From: Trueperaceae bacterium
Lineage (GTDB): Bacteria; Deinococcota; Deinococci; Deinococcales; Trueperaceae
Direction of reading: 5' to 3'
Length of the DNA: 64,000 bases
Assembly: GCA_965213925.1 (NCBI GenBank)
Contig: OZ243927.1
Span: 2,592,001-2,656,000, forward strand
The position numbers and the translations under genes are program-made. Positions 40,544 through 50,344 of the stretch are shown here, one piece after another (position 1 is the stretch's first letter; the number at the start of each line of letters is the position of its first letter). The notes under the pieces are model-generated. The model had not been told where the DNA came from and made no database searches. It saw only the letters and a list, made by a program, of their open reading frames with translations.

Positions 40544-41362
40544 TTGCTACACCTTGAAGATTTGACGAAGGGTACGTTCATTAAGGGGCTTCTGCCCTCC
40601 GAGACCGTTACCGTTATAGATATGCAGTGGTTCGGTTCGGCTGCAGTTGAGCTTACCTATAAAAGACCTGATGGCAGTATCGGTGGCGAAATGGTTTACC
40701 GCGACCGCGCAGAGGCGTTCGAGCTGGTACAACCAGGACGAAACTGGGATATAGGCGCGGATGGTCGGCTTTTACGTCTTGCATCAGAGGCTTACCGTAT
40801 CCGCCTGGCCCATCTGTTTGACCCTCATTTAGCCGTTCACACCTCTCTAGTAGAACCGCTACCTCACCAGATTACTGCCGTGTATGAGGCGATGCTGCCC
40901 CGTCAGCCGCTGCGTTTTTTACTTGCTGACGACCCCGGCGCTGGCAAAACCATTATGGCAGGGCTCCTCATCAAAGAGCTTTTCGCTCGCGGAGATTTGC
41001 AGCGCTGTTTGATCGTCTGTCCAGGGAGTCTCGTCGAACAGTGGCAAGACGAGCTTTACGAACGCTTTCAGCTTCCTTTTGAGATCATGACAAATGACAA
41101 GCTAGAAGCTGCTCGCACGGGCAACTGGCTCGCAGAGGAGCCGCTCGTCGTCGCCAGGTTAGATAAGCTCGCGCGCGATGATGACCTTCTCGCTAAACTC
41201 GAGCTGACCGATTGGGACCTGATTGTGTGCGACGAAGCGCACAAGATGTCCGCGACCTTTTTCGGCGGAGAGATCAAGTATACCAAACGCTATCGGTCGT
41301 CTGATGCAGCCTTCGCCGTTGCCGCGCCGTCCGCCTCGTGCCATCCTCGCTCCTTTTCTTAG
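40544..41362 (+). pseudogene. N-terminal fragment of an SNF2-family helicase
   Basis: PLPHQITAVY, LLADDPGAGKT, CDEAH; similarity stops after KYTKRYR (~41295); no helicase C-terminal domain. Confidence 0.8.
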
Positions 41363-41578
41363 CTCGTGACCCGTTTTAGAAAATGTAAATTACAGGGCTT
41401 GGTCACGTTACGGTACGCTACTACGCTGTGTAGAGCCTTCTTCGTATGACGCGGCTCTCGCGAAAGATATCGCTCTCGCCTCCGCAGTGCTGCCAATCGC
41501 TCAAACAAGTGTAGCCGAATTCGACGCGAGATGGCTTGGACGCCTGACTTCATATCGTCCCCTCAGGTTGCCCGATAC

Positions 41579-42615
41579 TCATACATCTGGTTCCTCGAGC
41601 TGCTGCTTGGCGTGGCGGATCGCGCTCTGCAACTTCGCCTCCAAAAGCTCACGCGGTGGCAAGACCGTCAGGTACTCCGCTACGTGAATGCCGCTCTTAT
41701 CCAATTCGAGCAACTCGATCTGCTCCCGCTTCTTGCCTGCGCAGAGGATGATACCTAAAGGCGGCTTCTCGCCCGGCTCCTGTTCGTAGCGGGCGAGCCA
41801 ACGCAGATACAGCTCCATCTGCCCCTTGTACTCCGCCTTGAAGTTACCCAGCTTGAGGTCGATGGCGACGAGCCGCTTGAGCTTGCGGTTGTAGAAGAGC
41901 AGGTTGAGGTAGAAGTCGTCCTGGTCGATTTGCAACCGCTTCTGCCGCGCTACAAAAGAAAAGCCGATGCCTAGCTCGAGCATAAAACTTTCCAACTCGC
42001 GCAAGATGGCGTCCTCTAAGTCCTTCTCCAAGTAGCGATCTTGTAAGCCCAAGAAATCCAAGAGGTAGGGGTCCTTGAGGAGCAAGTTCGGCGAGACAGC
42101 GCCGTGCTCCCTGAGGTTCGCTAGCTCTTCCTTAACCAGCGCCTCGGATTGCTTCGAGAGGGCGCTACGTTCATAGAGCATCGAATCAATGCGTTCCCGA
42201 AGCTGTCGCGACGACCACCCCTCCAGGCGGCTCAGCTCGGTGTAAAAGTCGCGCTTGAGAGGGTCATCTAAGTACATGAGGGTCCTGATATGCGTCCAAC
42301 TCAATTCTCTACGCACCGCGTAGAGAATCGCCTCGTCGGGATAGGTCTCGGCTAAACGTAGGCAGTGCCGAAGCTGCTGCTCGCTCCAGCCCCGTCCATA
42401 GACTTCACCCAGCCGCTCTGAAAGCTGCTTAATCACCTCTTTGCCATAGGTCGCCCGCTCGCCGGAGAGAACGGTTGCTTCAAATGCCGCCCCACCTGCC
42501 AGTAGAGCAAGGTCAGCTCCGCGTTGACCGATGCTGCCGCCCGCCGCCGCGCCGCGTCGATGAGCCCGCGTACCTTGGTGAATAACCGCTCGTTTTCGGG
42601 GGGTGATAAGCTCAT
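41579..42615 (-). pseudogene. YhcG/DUF1016 PD-(D/E)XK nuclease, frameshifted near 42478
   Basis: VNAELTLLYWQVG, then a shifted frame ATYGKEVIKQLS, LSWTH, KDPYLLDFLGL, LELGIGFSFVARQKR, GQMELYL. Confidence 0.85.
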
Positions 42616-43294
42616 ACTAAGCAAGTCCATCCTATTAAAAAGTCTCGCGTCATCCTTTGGTTGAGCTGTCGTAATAAGGCTTATGCTTGGGAAAGGCGGT
42701 TTTAACATCCATACTAGAGAGGATGACGGTGATAACCCTTGTCTTCGGTTTAAGCGCCATACTTGCTCCATCCTACTTGCTGCAACGCGACAAGCGCCAT
42801 TTCGAGATTAAGTTGCCCCGCGCCCAACTCAAAGAAGAACGCTCGCCGCTAGGCAACCCAGAGGGAGAGCACAAAAGGCGTGCTCTCCCTCTGGGAGATT
42901 TCCAGCGTATGAGGCAGTGATGCAGCTATAGGGACGTGTCAAGCCAAAAGGCAGGGCTTGACACTTATGCTACAATTCAAATTTTTGACGTTCTAGACGA
43001 GAAAAATTCACAAAAAGGGCTTGGCAAACTGCTTAATTTTTGGTAATATAAGAACAGTTAGCAAGCCTGACGAGAACCTTGACAACCCGCAGACCGACCG
43101 CGCCGCGCCGACCACTCGAGCGCCCAATTTTGCTCAGCTCTGGAGAGGCTGAGTAGGGATAACCGCTCGCGTTCCCAGCAACGCCAGTGCGCAAGGTCTG
43201 TAAACGGATATTGGAAAAGAAAGCGCCCAGGCTGCCTAACTTTGGTCGGTGAAACAGCCTGAGCACCCTACTACACACCCCTGTAAGGAGTGCT

Positions 43295-43630
43295 ATGAAA
43301 GTATCCGAGGTTTTTAAGCAGTTTGTCAATGCCGTGAAGTATGAACCTGAGCATCATAGGGTTGATGTGTTGGCGGCGGAGTTGGTAAGCGCGTTAGCGT
43401 TAGCCCCCGAACGCCGCGCCCTCGCTGCCATTGTCTATTTCGAGCAGACGGATGAATTAGAAGATACAGCTTTAGCGCTGCTCGAAAACATGTACGGCGT
43501 CAAAGCAACAGTCAAGGCGCTCAATCCTCAAAACTGGACCTACCGCCAAGTCACGCTGAGCTTAGAAGACGAACCCGTGCCTTTTGTGGGTGCGGTCGTT
43601 CAAGAGCGGTTTGTAGGGATGGCGGTATGA
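43295..43630 (+). CDS. Hypothetical protein, first gene of the leading-region operon
   Basis: RBS TAAGGAG; ATGA overlap with the next gene. Confidence 0.65.
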   Translation: MKVSEVFKQFVNAVKYEPEHHRVDVLAAELVSALALAPERRALAAIVYFEQTDELEDTALALLENMYGVKATVKALNPQNWTYRQVTLSLEDEPVPFVGAVVQERFVGMAV

Positions 43631-43839
43631 GTGCCGCCCTCTCCCTCGTAGACTGCCCAACCTGTCAAGGTGAAGGGTTTGTCCTCGCCAACGAAGGACA
43701 CGCCAGCGAGTCGCCTATTCGCTGCGCTGCATGTGATGGTTCAGGCACGCTCGAGGTCTGCGGCGGGTGCGGCAACGTGCCTACCGTCGAAGCTGGGCTC
43801 GAGGTGTGCCCCTGCGTGAAGGTGCAGGTGGCAGCGTGA
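43627..43839 (+). CDS. Small Cys-rich (DnaJ-type zinc finger) protein
   Basis: CPTCQGEG, CAACDGSG, CGGCG, CPC; coupled to neighbours on both sides. Confidence 0.65.
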   Translation: MSAALSLVDCPTCQGEGFVLANEGHASESPIRCAACDGSGTLEVCGGCGNVPTVEAGLEVCPCVKVQVAA

Positions 43840-44660
43840 GTCAGGCGAAGGTTGAAAAGACCCACCGCGCCGCTGCGTTGCTCGCTGAAAGCGTTGAGCG
43901 CTTGTTAAGCAGTGACACCTATCAGGACGCCCTACGCTTCCGTGCAGGGTTCCAAACTCGCTACAGCTTTTGCAACTTGTGGCTCATCTACATGCAGAAA
44001 CCCGACGCCACGATGGTCGCGGGCTACAAAAAGTGGCAAAAGGTAGGGCGGCCGGTCAAGAAAGGCGAAAAGAGCCTCGCCATTTTCGCCCCCTTGACCA
44101 AGAAGGATAAGGAGACAGGCGAAACGGAGGTGTTCGGCTTCCGTTCGGCAACCGTTTTTGACGTGAGCCAGACCGAAGGCGAGCCGCTACCCGAGATGCC
44201 CCGTCCAGTGGTGCTCGAGGACGACAGCACGCAGATTCGCGAGGTATTAGGGAGGCTCGAGCACTTCACCCGTATGAGCGGTTTTACGCTGAGCACTAAA
44301 TCGCTAGGACGTGCGTTCGGTTCGTTTTCACCTGCCACAAAAAGCATCACCCTACGTGACAACCTCCCGCCCCTGCAACGCTTGAAAACGTTGGTTCACG
44401 AGGTCGCGCACGGCTTGCTTCACCAAGATACCCCTCTTACCGAAGCCACCCGCCACCTCGAGGAATTAGAAGCGGAGTCATGCGCCTTTATCGTCCTCCA
44501 CAGTTTAGGACTCGATACGAGCCGTTATAGCTTCCCCTATCTAGCGCACTGGGTAGAGCAGCCCGAAGACCTCTTACCCGCAGCGGAGCGAGCAAGTAAG
44601 GCAGCCGATACTATTTTGGCTGCGCTCACCGAGGCTCGAGAATTAGCGGTGGCAGCATGA
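43836..44660 (+). CDS. ArdC-like ssDNA-binding antirestriction protein with zincin-like domain
   Basis: YSFCNLWLI..Q.P.AT.VAGYKKW...GR.VKKGEK, VFDVSQT, HEVAH, ELEAES. Confidence 0.85.
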   Translation: MSQAKVEKTHRAAALLAESVERLLSSDTYQDALRFRAGFQTRYSFCNLWLIYMQKPDATMVAGYKKWQKVGRPVKKGEKSLAIFAPLTKKDKETGETEVFGFRSATVFDVSQTEGEPLPEMPRPVVLEDDSTQIREVLGRLEHFTRMSGFTLSTKSLGRAFGSFSPATKSITLRDNLPPLQRLKTLVHEVAHGLLHQDTPLTEATRHLEELEAESCAFIVLHSLGLDTSRYSFPYLAHWVEQPEDLLPAAERASKAADTILAALTEARELAVAA

Positions 44661-44793
44661 CACCGAGTAGGAACGCGCCTAAACACTCCAACCTCGCCAA
44701 CCCAACACCGCGTTATCAGATGCGCCGCGAGAACAAGACGAAACGGCGCAAGCGTAAAAACACCGTCTGTCTCGTTATGTTGAGGAGACTAGC

Positions 44794-45555
44794 ATGAGCA
44801 AGTCATCATCTGTGAACTGGGAGACGCTGCACCAGCAGCTCTCCCAACTTTTCTCGAGTGAACACATCCAATACCGCGCTGGCGTGGTGAGCCGAGATAA
44901 GAAACGAGCCCAAGCCTTGCCTTATGCCGAGCCGAGAGTCTACGAAGACAGGCTCAACCAAGTCTGCCCCGAAGCGTGGAACGTGTCGTTTGCCCCCTGG
45001 GGTGAGCGCATCATCTGTTCCTTGACCATCCACAACCTCACCAGGAGCAGCACGGGCGAGAGCGACCAAGCCGGGACGAGCGCCGAAGCGCAGGCGTTCA
45101 AGCGGGCATGTTCTAAGTTCGGCTTAGGAAGGTTTCTCTACAGCATGGATGCGCCCTGGGTGCGCTACGACGAAGATAAAAGGCGCTTAGCGGAGCAACC
45201 GCGCCCGGTGCTCCCTGGTTTGAGAACGAAACCAACTACTGACTCGAGCCCATCCGAGAAAGAGCAGGAGGCGGCGAAAGACCGCCCCGCCGATGACGAA
45301 CTGCTCAGCAAACACCGCGCTCACCTCTTGCACAAAGAGCTAGGCAGCCTCCCTAACATTCTCAGTAGGGAACACACCGAACTCGCCTCACACGTCACTC
45401 AACACCCCATCGAGAGCTTTACCGAACTCTGTGAGAAAGAGGCGCGGCAACTGCTCGCGTATGCCCGCAAGGTGAACGAGGAGCGTGAAGAGGAGATACC
45501 GAAACGTCCACCTAAACGACAAAAGCGAAGAGCAGCGCAAGAGGTTAGGGCGTGA
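44794..45555 (+). CDS. Rad52/Rad22-family ssDNA-annealing protein (DdrA-like)
   Basis: RAGVVSRDKKRAQALPYAEPRVYEDRLNQVCPEAW, AFKRACSKFGLGRFLY, PWVRYD. Confidence 0.8.
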   Translation: MSKSSSVNWETLHQQLSQLFSSEHIQYRAGVVSRDKKRAQALPYAEPRVYEDRLNQVCPEAWNVSFAPWGERIICSLTIHNLTRSSTGESDQAGTSAEAQAFKRACSKFGLGRFLYSMDAPWVRYDEDKRRLAEQPRPVLPGLRTKPTTDSSPSEKEQEAAKDRPADDELLSKHRAHLLHKELGSLPNILSREHTELASHVTQHPIESFTELCEKEARQLLAYARKVNEEREEEIPKRPPKRQKRRAAQEVRA

Positions 45556-45752
45556 AGGTGAAGCGGAAACCCAAGCTCGATAAAACAATCCGCGCTCTAC
45601 TCAAGCAAGCGCTCGAGACCCACCCCGACCTACTCCAATACTTAGGTGTAGGAAATTCTAAGACCATGCTTATTGATACCGACTACCAAGTTGTCACGCC
45701 GCAAACGAACAGGAGAGGAGCCTAGCGCTCCTCTTTTTTACAAGGAGTCTTT

Positions 45753-47537
45753 ATGTCAGAAACCGCGACGCAATCCAAGAAGACCCGCACCCGCAAGCCA
45801 AAAGCTAAGACGCAGCAGGAGATGGGCGGTATACGCGCAATCAAACACAGCGACCTCACCCCGAGCCCCTTGAACCCCCGTAAACGTTTTGATGAACAGG
45901 CAACCAAAGACCTCGCTTCGAGCATCAACGAAAAGGGCATCCTGCAAAACCTCGTAGCGAGACCTAAAGGAGAAGGTGAAGGCTACGAAATCGCCGCCGG
46001 AGAACGGCGCTATAGAGCGGTAGCTTTGCTTATCAAGCAAAAGGAATTACCCGAGGACTACACCCTCCCTGTCAAAGTTCAAAACTTGAGCGACTTAGAG
46101 CTTGTTCAACTCGCTACGAGCGAAAACAGCGACCGAGCCGACATGCACCCGTTAGAAGATGCCGAGGCGTATAGAACGATGCTCGAGTTAGGTACAGATA
46201 TAGAGAGCATCGCCCTCAGAATGAGTAAGAGCGAGCAGACGGTGAAACAGCGTCTCGCTTTAGCCGAGAAGTTGAGTGAGGAGGTCAAAGAGGCGTATTA
46301 CAATGGCGACCTCATTTTGAGTCAAGCGCAAGCCTTGACCGCTGCTAGCTTTGAGATGCAAACTAGCTTGCTCGAGACCATCCAGAGCGACCCTTATGGT
46401 GAGTGGGACGCTTACGCTATTCGCCAATTCTTAAACGACCACCTCATTCCGGTAGCCAACGCCATCTTCCCCCTCGAGCACTATCAAGGCGAACTCAGCA
46501 ACGACCTCTTCAGCGACGACGCTGAAACATGCTTTCTCGATACGGAGCAAGCCAAACGATTACAGCTTGAAGCACTCGAGCAGATGAAAGTGAAGTACCA
46601 AAAGACCTGGGCGTGGGTCGAAGTGCTCACCTCTTACAACTTCTACCGCTGGAATTATGAAACGTACGAAAAGACCGACCCGACAACTCAGGGCGTCATC
46701 ATTACGCTAAGCCCACACAGCTTAGAGGTCTCTGTGCACGAAGGGCTGACGAAGCGAGAGAAGGACTCGAGCCTCACGTCCTCGACATCGACGCCAGCAA
46801 CCACAGCAACAGACTCGAGCCCAACAAAGCCCAAGAAGCCGAAAGACGCCTACACGAGGAAACAACTCGAGACCGCCTGCAAGCTCAAGACGGTGGCGCT
46901 GCAAGACGAACTCACCCAATCGTTCCGCACCTGCCTCATCCTAAACATCATGGGACTGCTCGGCGTGAACGACGTAAAAATCAAAGGCGACGCGCCCGCG
47001 CTCGGTACGAACTTTCAGAGTGAGAGGCTCGAGTCCCGCTTCAAGGAACACGAAGCGAAGCTCAACGAGTCGTTAGATAAACGCGAAGCAGGGGGCTACC
47101 CTCTCAAAGTTCATACCTACGGCGAAGGTCAAGCAAAACTCTATACCTATCTCAAAGCGCTACCCGACGAGCAACTTCATGAACTGTTCTGTGCTCTCAC
47201 CGCCGTTTATGTAGGCAACTGGAACGACTACAACACGGACACCGGAGACCGCCCTCTAGCGCTCGAGGTTGCCAAAGACTTAGACCTCGATATGTACCAG
47301 CACTTCACCTTAAACGAGGACTACTTGAAGCTCTACCGCAAGAACCAACTTCACGCTTTGGCTCGAGAGGTGGGCATCTCCTTCAACACTGAAGGGCTGA
47401 AGACGGAGGTGCTACGTAACCTCATCTTGGAGCGAGCAGAGGGCAAAGCCTACTTGCCGGGTCCGCTGCACTGGTTTGAAGCGGGACAAGAACCGCCGGA
47501 GGGGGAGGTGAAAGAGGCGTTGGCGGAGGCTGCTTAG
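45753..47537 (+). CDS. ParB/RepB/Spo0J-family protein (long plasmid leading-region type)
   Basis: NPRKRFD, GILQNL, IAAGERRYRA, SEN.DRADMHPLEDAEAY, HTH. Confidence 0.88.
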   Translation: MSETATQSKKTRTRKPKAKTQQEMGGIRAIKHSDLTPSPLNPRKRFDEQATKDLASSINEKGILQNLVARPKGEGEGYEIAAGERRYRAVALLIKQKELPEDYTLPVKVQNLSDLELVQLATSENSDRADMHPLEDAEAYRTMLELGTDIESIALRMSKSEQTVKQRLALAEKLSEEVKEAYYNGDLILSQAQALTAASFEMQTSLLETIQSDPYGEWDAYAIRQFLNDHLIPVANAIFPLEHYQGELSNDLFSDDAETCFLDTEQAKRLQLEALEQMKVKYQKTWAWVEVLTSYNFYRWNYETYEKTDPTTQGVIITLSPHSLEVSVHEGLTKREKDSSLTSSTSTPATTATDSSPTKPKKPKDAYTRKQLETACKLKTVALQDELTQSFRTCLILNIMGLLGVNDVKIKGDAPALGTNFQSERLESRFKEHEAKLNESLDKREAGGYPLKVHTYGEGQAKLYTYLKALPDEQLHELFCALTAVYVGNWNDYNTDTGDRPLALEVAKDLDLDMYQHFTLNEDYLKLYRKNQLHALAREVGISFNTEGLKTEVLRNLILERAEGKAYLPGPLHWFEAGQEPPEGEVKEALAEAA

Positions 47538-47601
47538 ACGTAAATCCTAAAGTGAGGGGGCACACGTCCCCTCAAGCCACGTTTCAATAAAGGAGAAGGA
47601 C

Positions 47602-48288
47602 ATGCAAGGTACGAACCGTACCCACCACATCGGCGCAGCGATTGAATCTCACATGCGTTACACAGCAGACAACCGCGCTATCTTGAGTTTCACTTTGGGC
47701 ATCCGCGAAGAGGTCGAAAGAAGAACAAAAACGGCTTACCTACCCGTCATCCTCTTCGGCTCTTATGCCGAGGCGCTCAAGCCCCTCCTTACCCCAAGTA
47801 GCGTTGTAGAACTCTTCGGCAGGTTAGAGCAGTCTACCTTTGAGGACGACGCGGGCAAGCTGCGTACAAACAACACGCTCATCCCCGAGCAACTCCTTGT
47901 TTTAGAAGGTGACTTCACCTTCTTCACCGATAAGAAGGGGCAGAGGCTCTTACAAGGCGGCTTAAACGAAATTACCCTCTCTGGCAACACCACCAAAGAC
48001 GCCGACCTCCGCGCTACGAGTGGAGGCGCTAAGGTGACGAATTTGCGCTTAGCGGTGAACGAACGTCAGGGTGAGCGTGAGCACGTCCTCTACCTCAATG
48101 TCACAGGCTGGAACGCCCAGGCAGAGCACTTCGAGTCCCTCCAACGAGGCGACGGAGTGAGCGTCACAGGGAGACTCCTCAATGACAGCTACAAGCGAGA
48201 CGGCGAGATGGTCTACACCTTGCAACTCGAGGCAAACCGCGCCTATCCTCTCAAAGCTAAGAAACGCACCCCCATCGCCGATGTCTAA
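47602..48288 (+). CDS. ssb: Single-stranded DNA-binding protein with two OB folds
   Basis: Two repeats (MQGTNRT...MRYT...GRLEQ; GLNEITLSGN.TKDADLR.T...LAVNE...GRLLND); no acidic C-terminal tip. Confidence 0.85.
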   Translation: MQGTNRTHHIGAAIESHMRYTADNRAILSFTLGIREEVERRTKTAYLPVILFGSYAEALKPLLTPSSVVELFGRLEQSTFEDDAGKLRTNNTLIPEQLLVLEGDFTFFTDKKGQRLLQGGLNEITLSGNTTKDADLRATSGGAKVTNLRLAVNERQGEREHVLYLNVTGWNAQAEHFESLQRGDGVSVTGRLLNDSYKRDGEMVYTLQLEANRAYPLKAKKRTPIADV

Positions 48289-48682
48289 TCTATTCGACGA
48301 ACTCAAGAAGCTGTTTGGCTCGGATGAAGAAGACGTAGACGAAACCACACACTTCGAACGAGAACGAGATCGCGTCACTAAAGCCTTTACCGACGCCGGG
48401 CTCAGCGAGGAGCACGCGAAAGACCTCGCTACGAAGTTCATCACCGGCTACTTGGACTACGGCTCAGGAAGAGGTGGATTGCATCCCGACCAAATCGCCG
48501 AACTTATCGAGCGGAACGTCTTCACCTTCGGTACGCGCCGCCTTGTTTTAGACATCGAACTCGCCTCGGACGAGTACCATCTGAACCTGAAGGTGCTCGC
48601 GGCAGGTAACGATGCAGCGAATCAGCTCGAGCAGATGGCGAAAGCCGTTCATAAACGCAGTCATGAGGGGGAGCCTTCGTAA
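48281..48682 (+). CDS. Hypothetical protein
   Basis: ATG overlaps the end of ssb; operon-like codon usage. Confidence 0.6.
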   Translation: MSNLFDELKKLFGSDEEDVDETTHFERERDRVTKAFTDAGLSEEHAKDLATKFITGYLDYGSGRGGLHPDQIAELIERNVFTFGTRRLVLDIELASDEYHLNLKVLAAGNDAANQLEQMAKAVHKRSHEGEPS

Positions 48683-48845
48683 ACCTATACAGATTGGGTG
48701 GGAAGAACGGAAAGAAAGGAGCCGCGCCCTCAAGATGATGTGATGCGCAGTGCTCGGCGCGGCTCGAGACTCAGTGTAAAAAACACCTTCTGACATGATT
48801 CTGACGTACCAACGTCAATTTCACCTGACCTCCGAAAGGAGACCC

Positions 48846-49427
48846 ATGTTCTTCGCCTTCATGTCCCGCCTGCGCTTCATCGAAAGGTGGAGCACCATGC
48901 GCAAAACCAGACGCGAGAACGTTTTAGAGCACACCGCCCAAGTCGCGATGATCGTTCACGCGCTAGCCTTGCTTAGTAACGAACGGCACGGCGGGACGTA
49001 CAACCCCAACAAGCTCGCCACCTACGCCCTCTATCACGACGCTGACGAAGTCCTCACGGGTGATCTGCCCACGCCCGTCAAGTATCACAACCCGCAGATG
49101 CGAGAGGTATATGCGCTCATTGAAACGGATGCTCGAGCCAGGCTTCTCAAGATGCTGCCTGAAGACTTACAACCGCACTACCGACCGCTTATTACAAGTG
49201 ACCTCGAGCCCGACGAAGCCAAGCTGCTCAAAGCGGCGGACCGGCTCACGGCGTACCTCAAGTGTTTAGAAGAAAAATCACTCGGCAACGGTGACTTCAG
49301 TTCGGCGGAGCGGGAGATCAGGGCGGACTTAGAGGCGCTCGAGCTGCCCGAGGTGAAGGACTTTCTTGAGACCTTTGCCGAAGCCTTTACGCTCAACCTG
49401 GATGAGCTAAGTGGGCGCGAGGTGTAG
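48846..49427 (+). CDS. yfbR: HD-domain 5'-deoxynucleotidase (YfbR-like)
   Basis: FFAFMSRLRFIERWS.MR...ENV.EH, YHD..E.LTGDLPTPVKY, KAAD, LKCLEE...GN. Confidence 0.85.
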   Translation: MFFAFMSRLRFIERWSTMRKTRRENVLEHTAQVAMIVHALALLSNERHGGTYNPNKLATYALYHDADEVLTGDLPTPVKYHNPQMREVYALIETDARARLLKMLPEDLQPHYRPLITSDLEPDEAKLLKAADRLTAYLKCLEEKSLGNGDFSSAEREIRADLEALELPEVKDFLETFAEAFTLNLDELSGREV

Positions 49428-49484
49428 CTTTAGCGGATGAGCAGCTTGTTAGGAGCCGAGGTCCTAACCCTCAGAAAGGAACCT

Positions 49485-49985
49485 ATGCTCGCCGAACTTT
49501 GTAGCATAGCAGGGATGCGTTCACTCTCACCCACAGCCAAGGTGCTCTATCTCTACTTGCTTCCTCAAGACAAGGTCGAGCTGTCTCGCCGCGAGCTCGC
49601 GCGGCAGCTCGGCTTCCGCTTTGAGAACGCCCCGAACCTTCATTACGCCTTGGAAGAGTTAAGAGAGGCGGGCTTGCTCGAGTACCTCGGCACGCCGCAA
49701 CAGGGTCGTCAAACGCCCTTTCGTCTCCTTAGTCATAATGCGCCGAGGGGCTTCAAAGGGCGTAAGATGCGGTCTTTGCCTACGGAACTTCATACGGAAA
49801 GCCCTACGGTTCAGGCAAGCTACCTCTACTTGCTCGGCGCCCCGGGGAGCCACACCACGAAGGAAGTCGAGGCTGCGCTCGGCGTCAGCTATATCGGAGC
49901 TTACCGCGCGTTGCGGCGGCTTCTCGAGTTGGAGCTAATCCGCCACGCGGAGGGTCAAAACCCGCAGCGTTTTATGCTGCAATGA
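49485..49985 (+). CDS. Tandem winged-HTH protein
   Basis: LSPTAKVLYLYL...SRRELARQLG and SPTVQASYLYL...KEVEAALGVS repeats; RBS AAAGGA. Confidence 0.65.
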   Translation: MLAELCSIAGMRSLSPTAKVLYLYLLPQDKVELSRRELARQLGFRFENAPNLHYALEELREAGLLEYLGTPQQGRQTPFRLLSHNAPRGFKGRKMRSLPTELHTESPTVQASYLYLLGAPGSHTTKEVEAALGVSYIGAYRALRRLLELELIRHAEGQNPQRFMLQ

Positions 49986-50026
49986 GTTTTTTGTAGAACT
50001 CGAGAAACAACTTTACGACACGTTCC

Positions 50027-50335
50027 TTACTCCGTAGTTGGCGTGGTATCAGCTTGCGCTAGGGTATTAGAATTGCGCTCCTCTACCTCTTCCGTGCGCT
50101 CGGGTTCGTCGCGCGGTGCAGGTGTAGGTGTCGCTAGGTTTAAGTCGAAGAGTAAACGATCTTTCTTAGCTTTGAGGTGCTCGCCGAGGACGCTTTTGAG
50201 TCACCCCTCCTCCAACGCTCCGGCTGCTTCGAGTGCCAGAACTGTACGACCTATGAGTACTTCGCGCCGCTCCTCCAATTCCTGCTCAGAGCGCTCTTTT
50301 TCCGCCCGGATTTTTGTCAGGCGGGTCTCCGAAGA
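50027..50335 (-). pseudogene. 3' relic of a MobS/TraD-like mobilisation accessory gene
   Basis: ERREVLIGRTVL...EEG*LKSVLGEHLKAKKDRLLFDL; in-frame TGA at 50201-50203; no start found. Confidence 0.5.
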
Positions 50336-50344
50336 GGTGGACGC

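Noticed and set aside
42900..44800. DdrO/RDRM radiation-response operator upstream of the ddrA-like operon
   Set aside because: Only partial TTATG half-sites seen; no convincing 17-bp palindrome.
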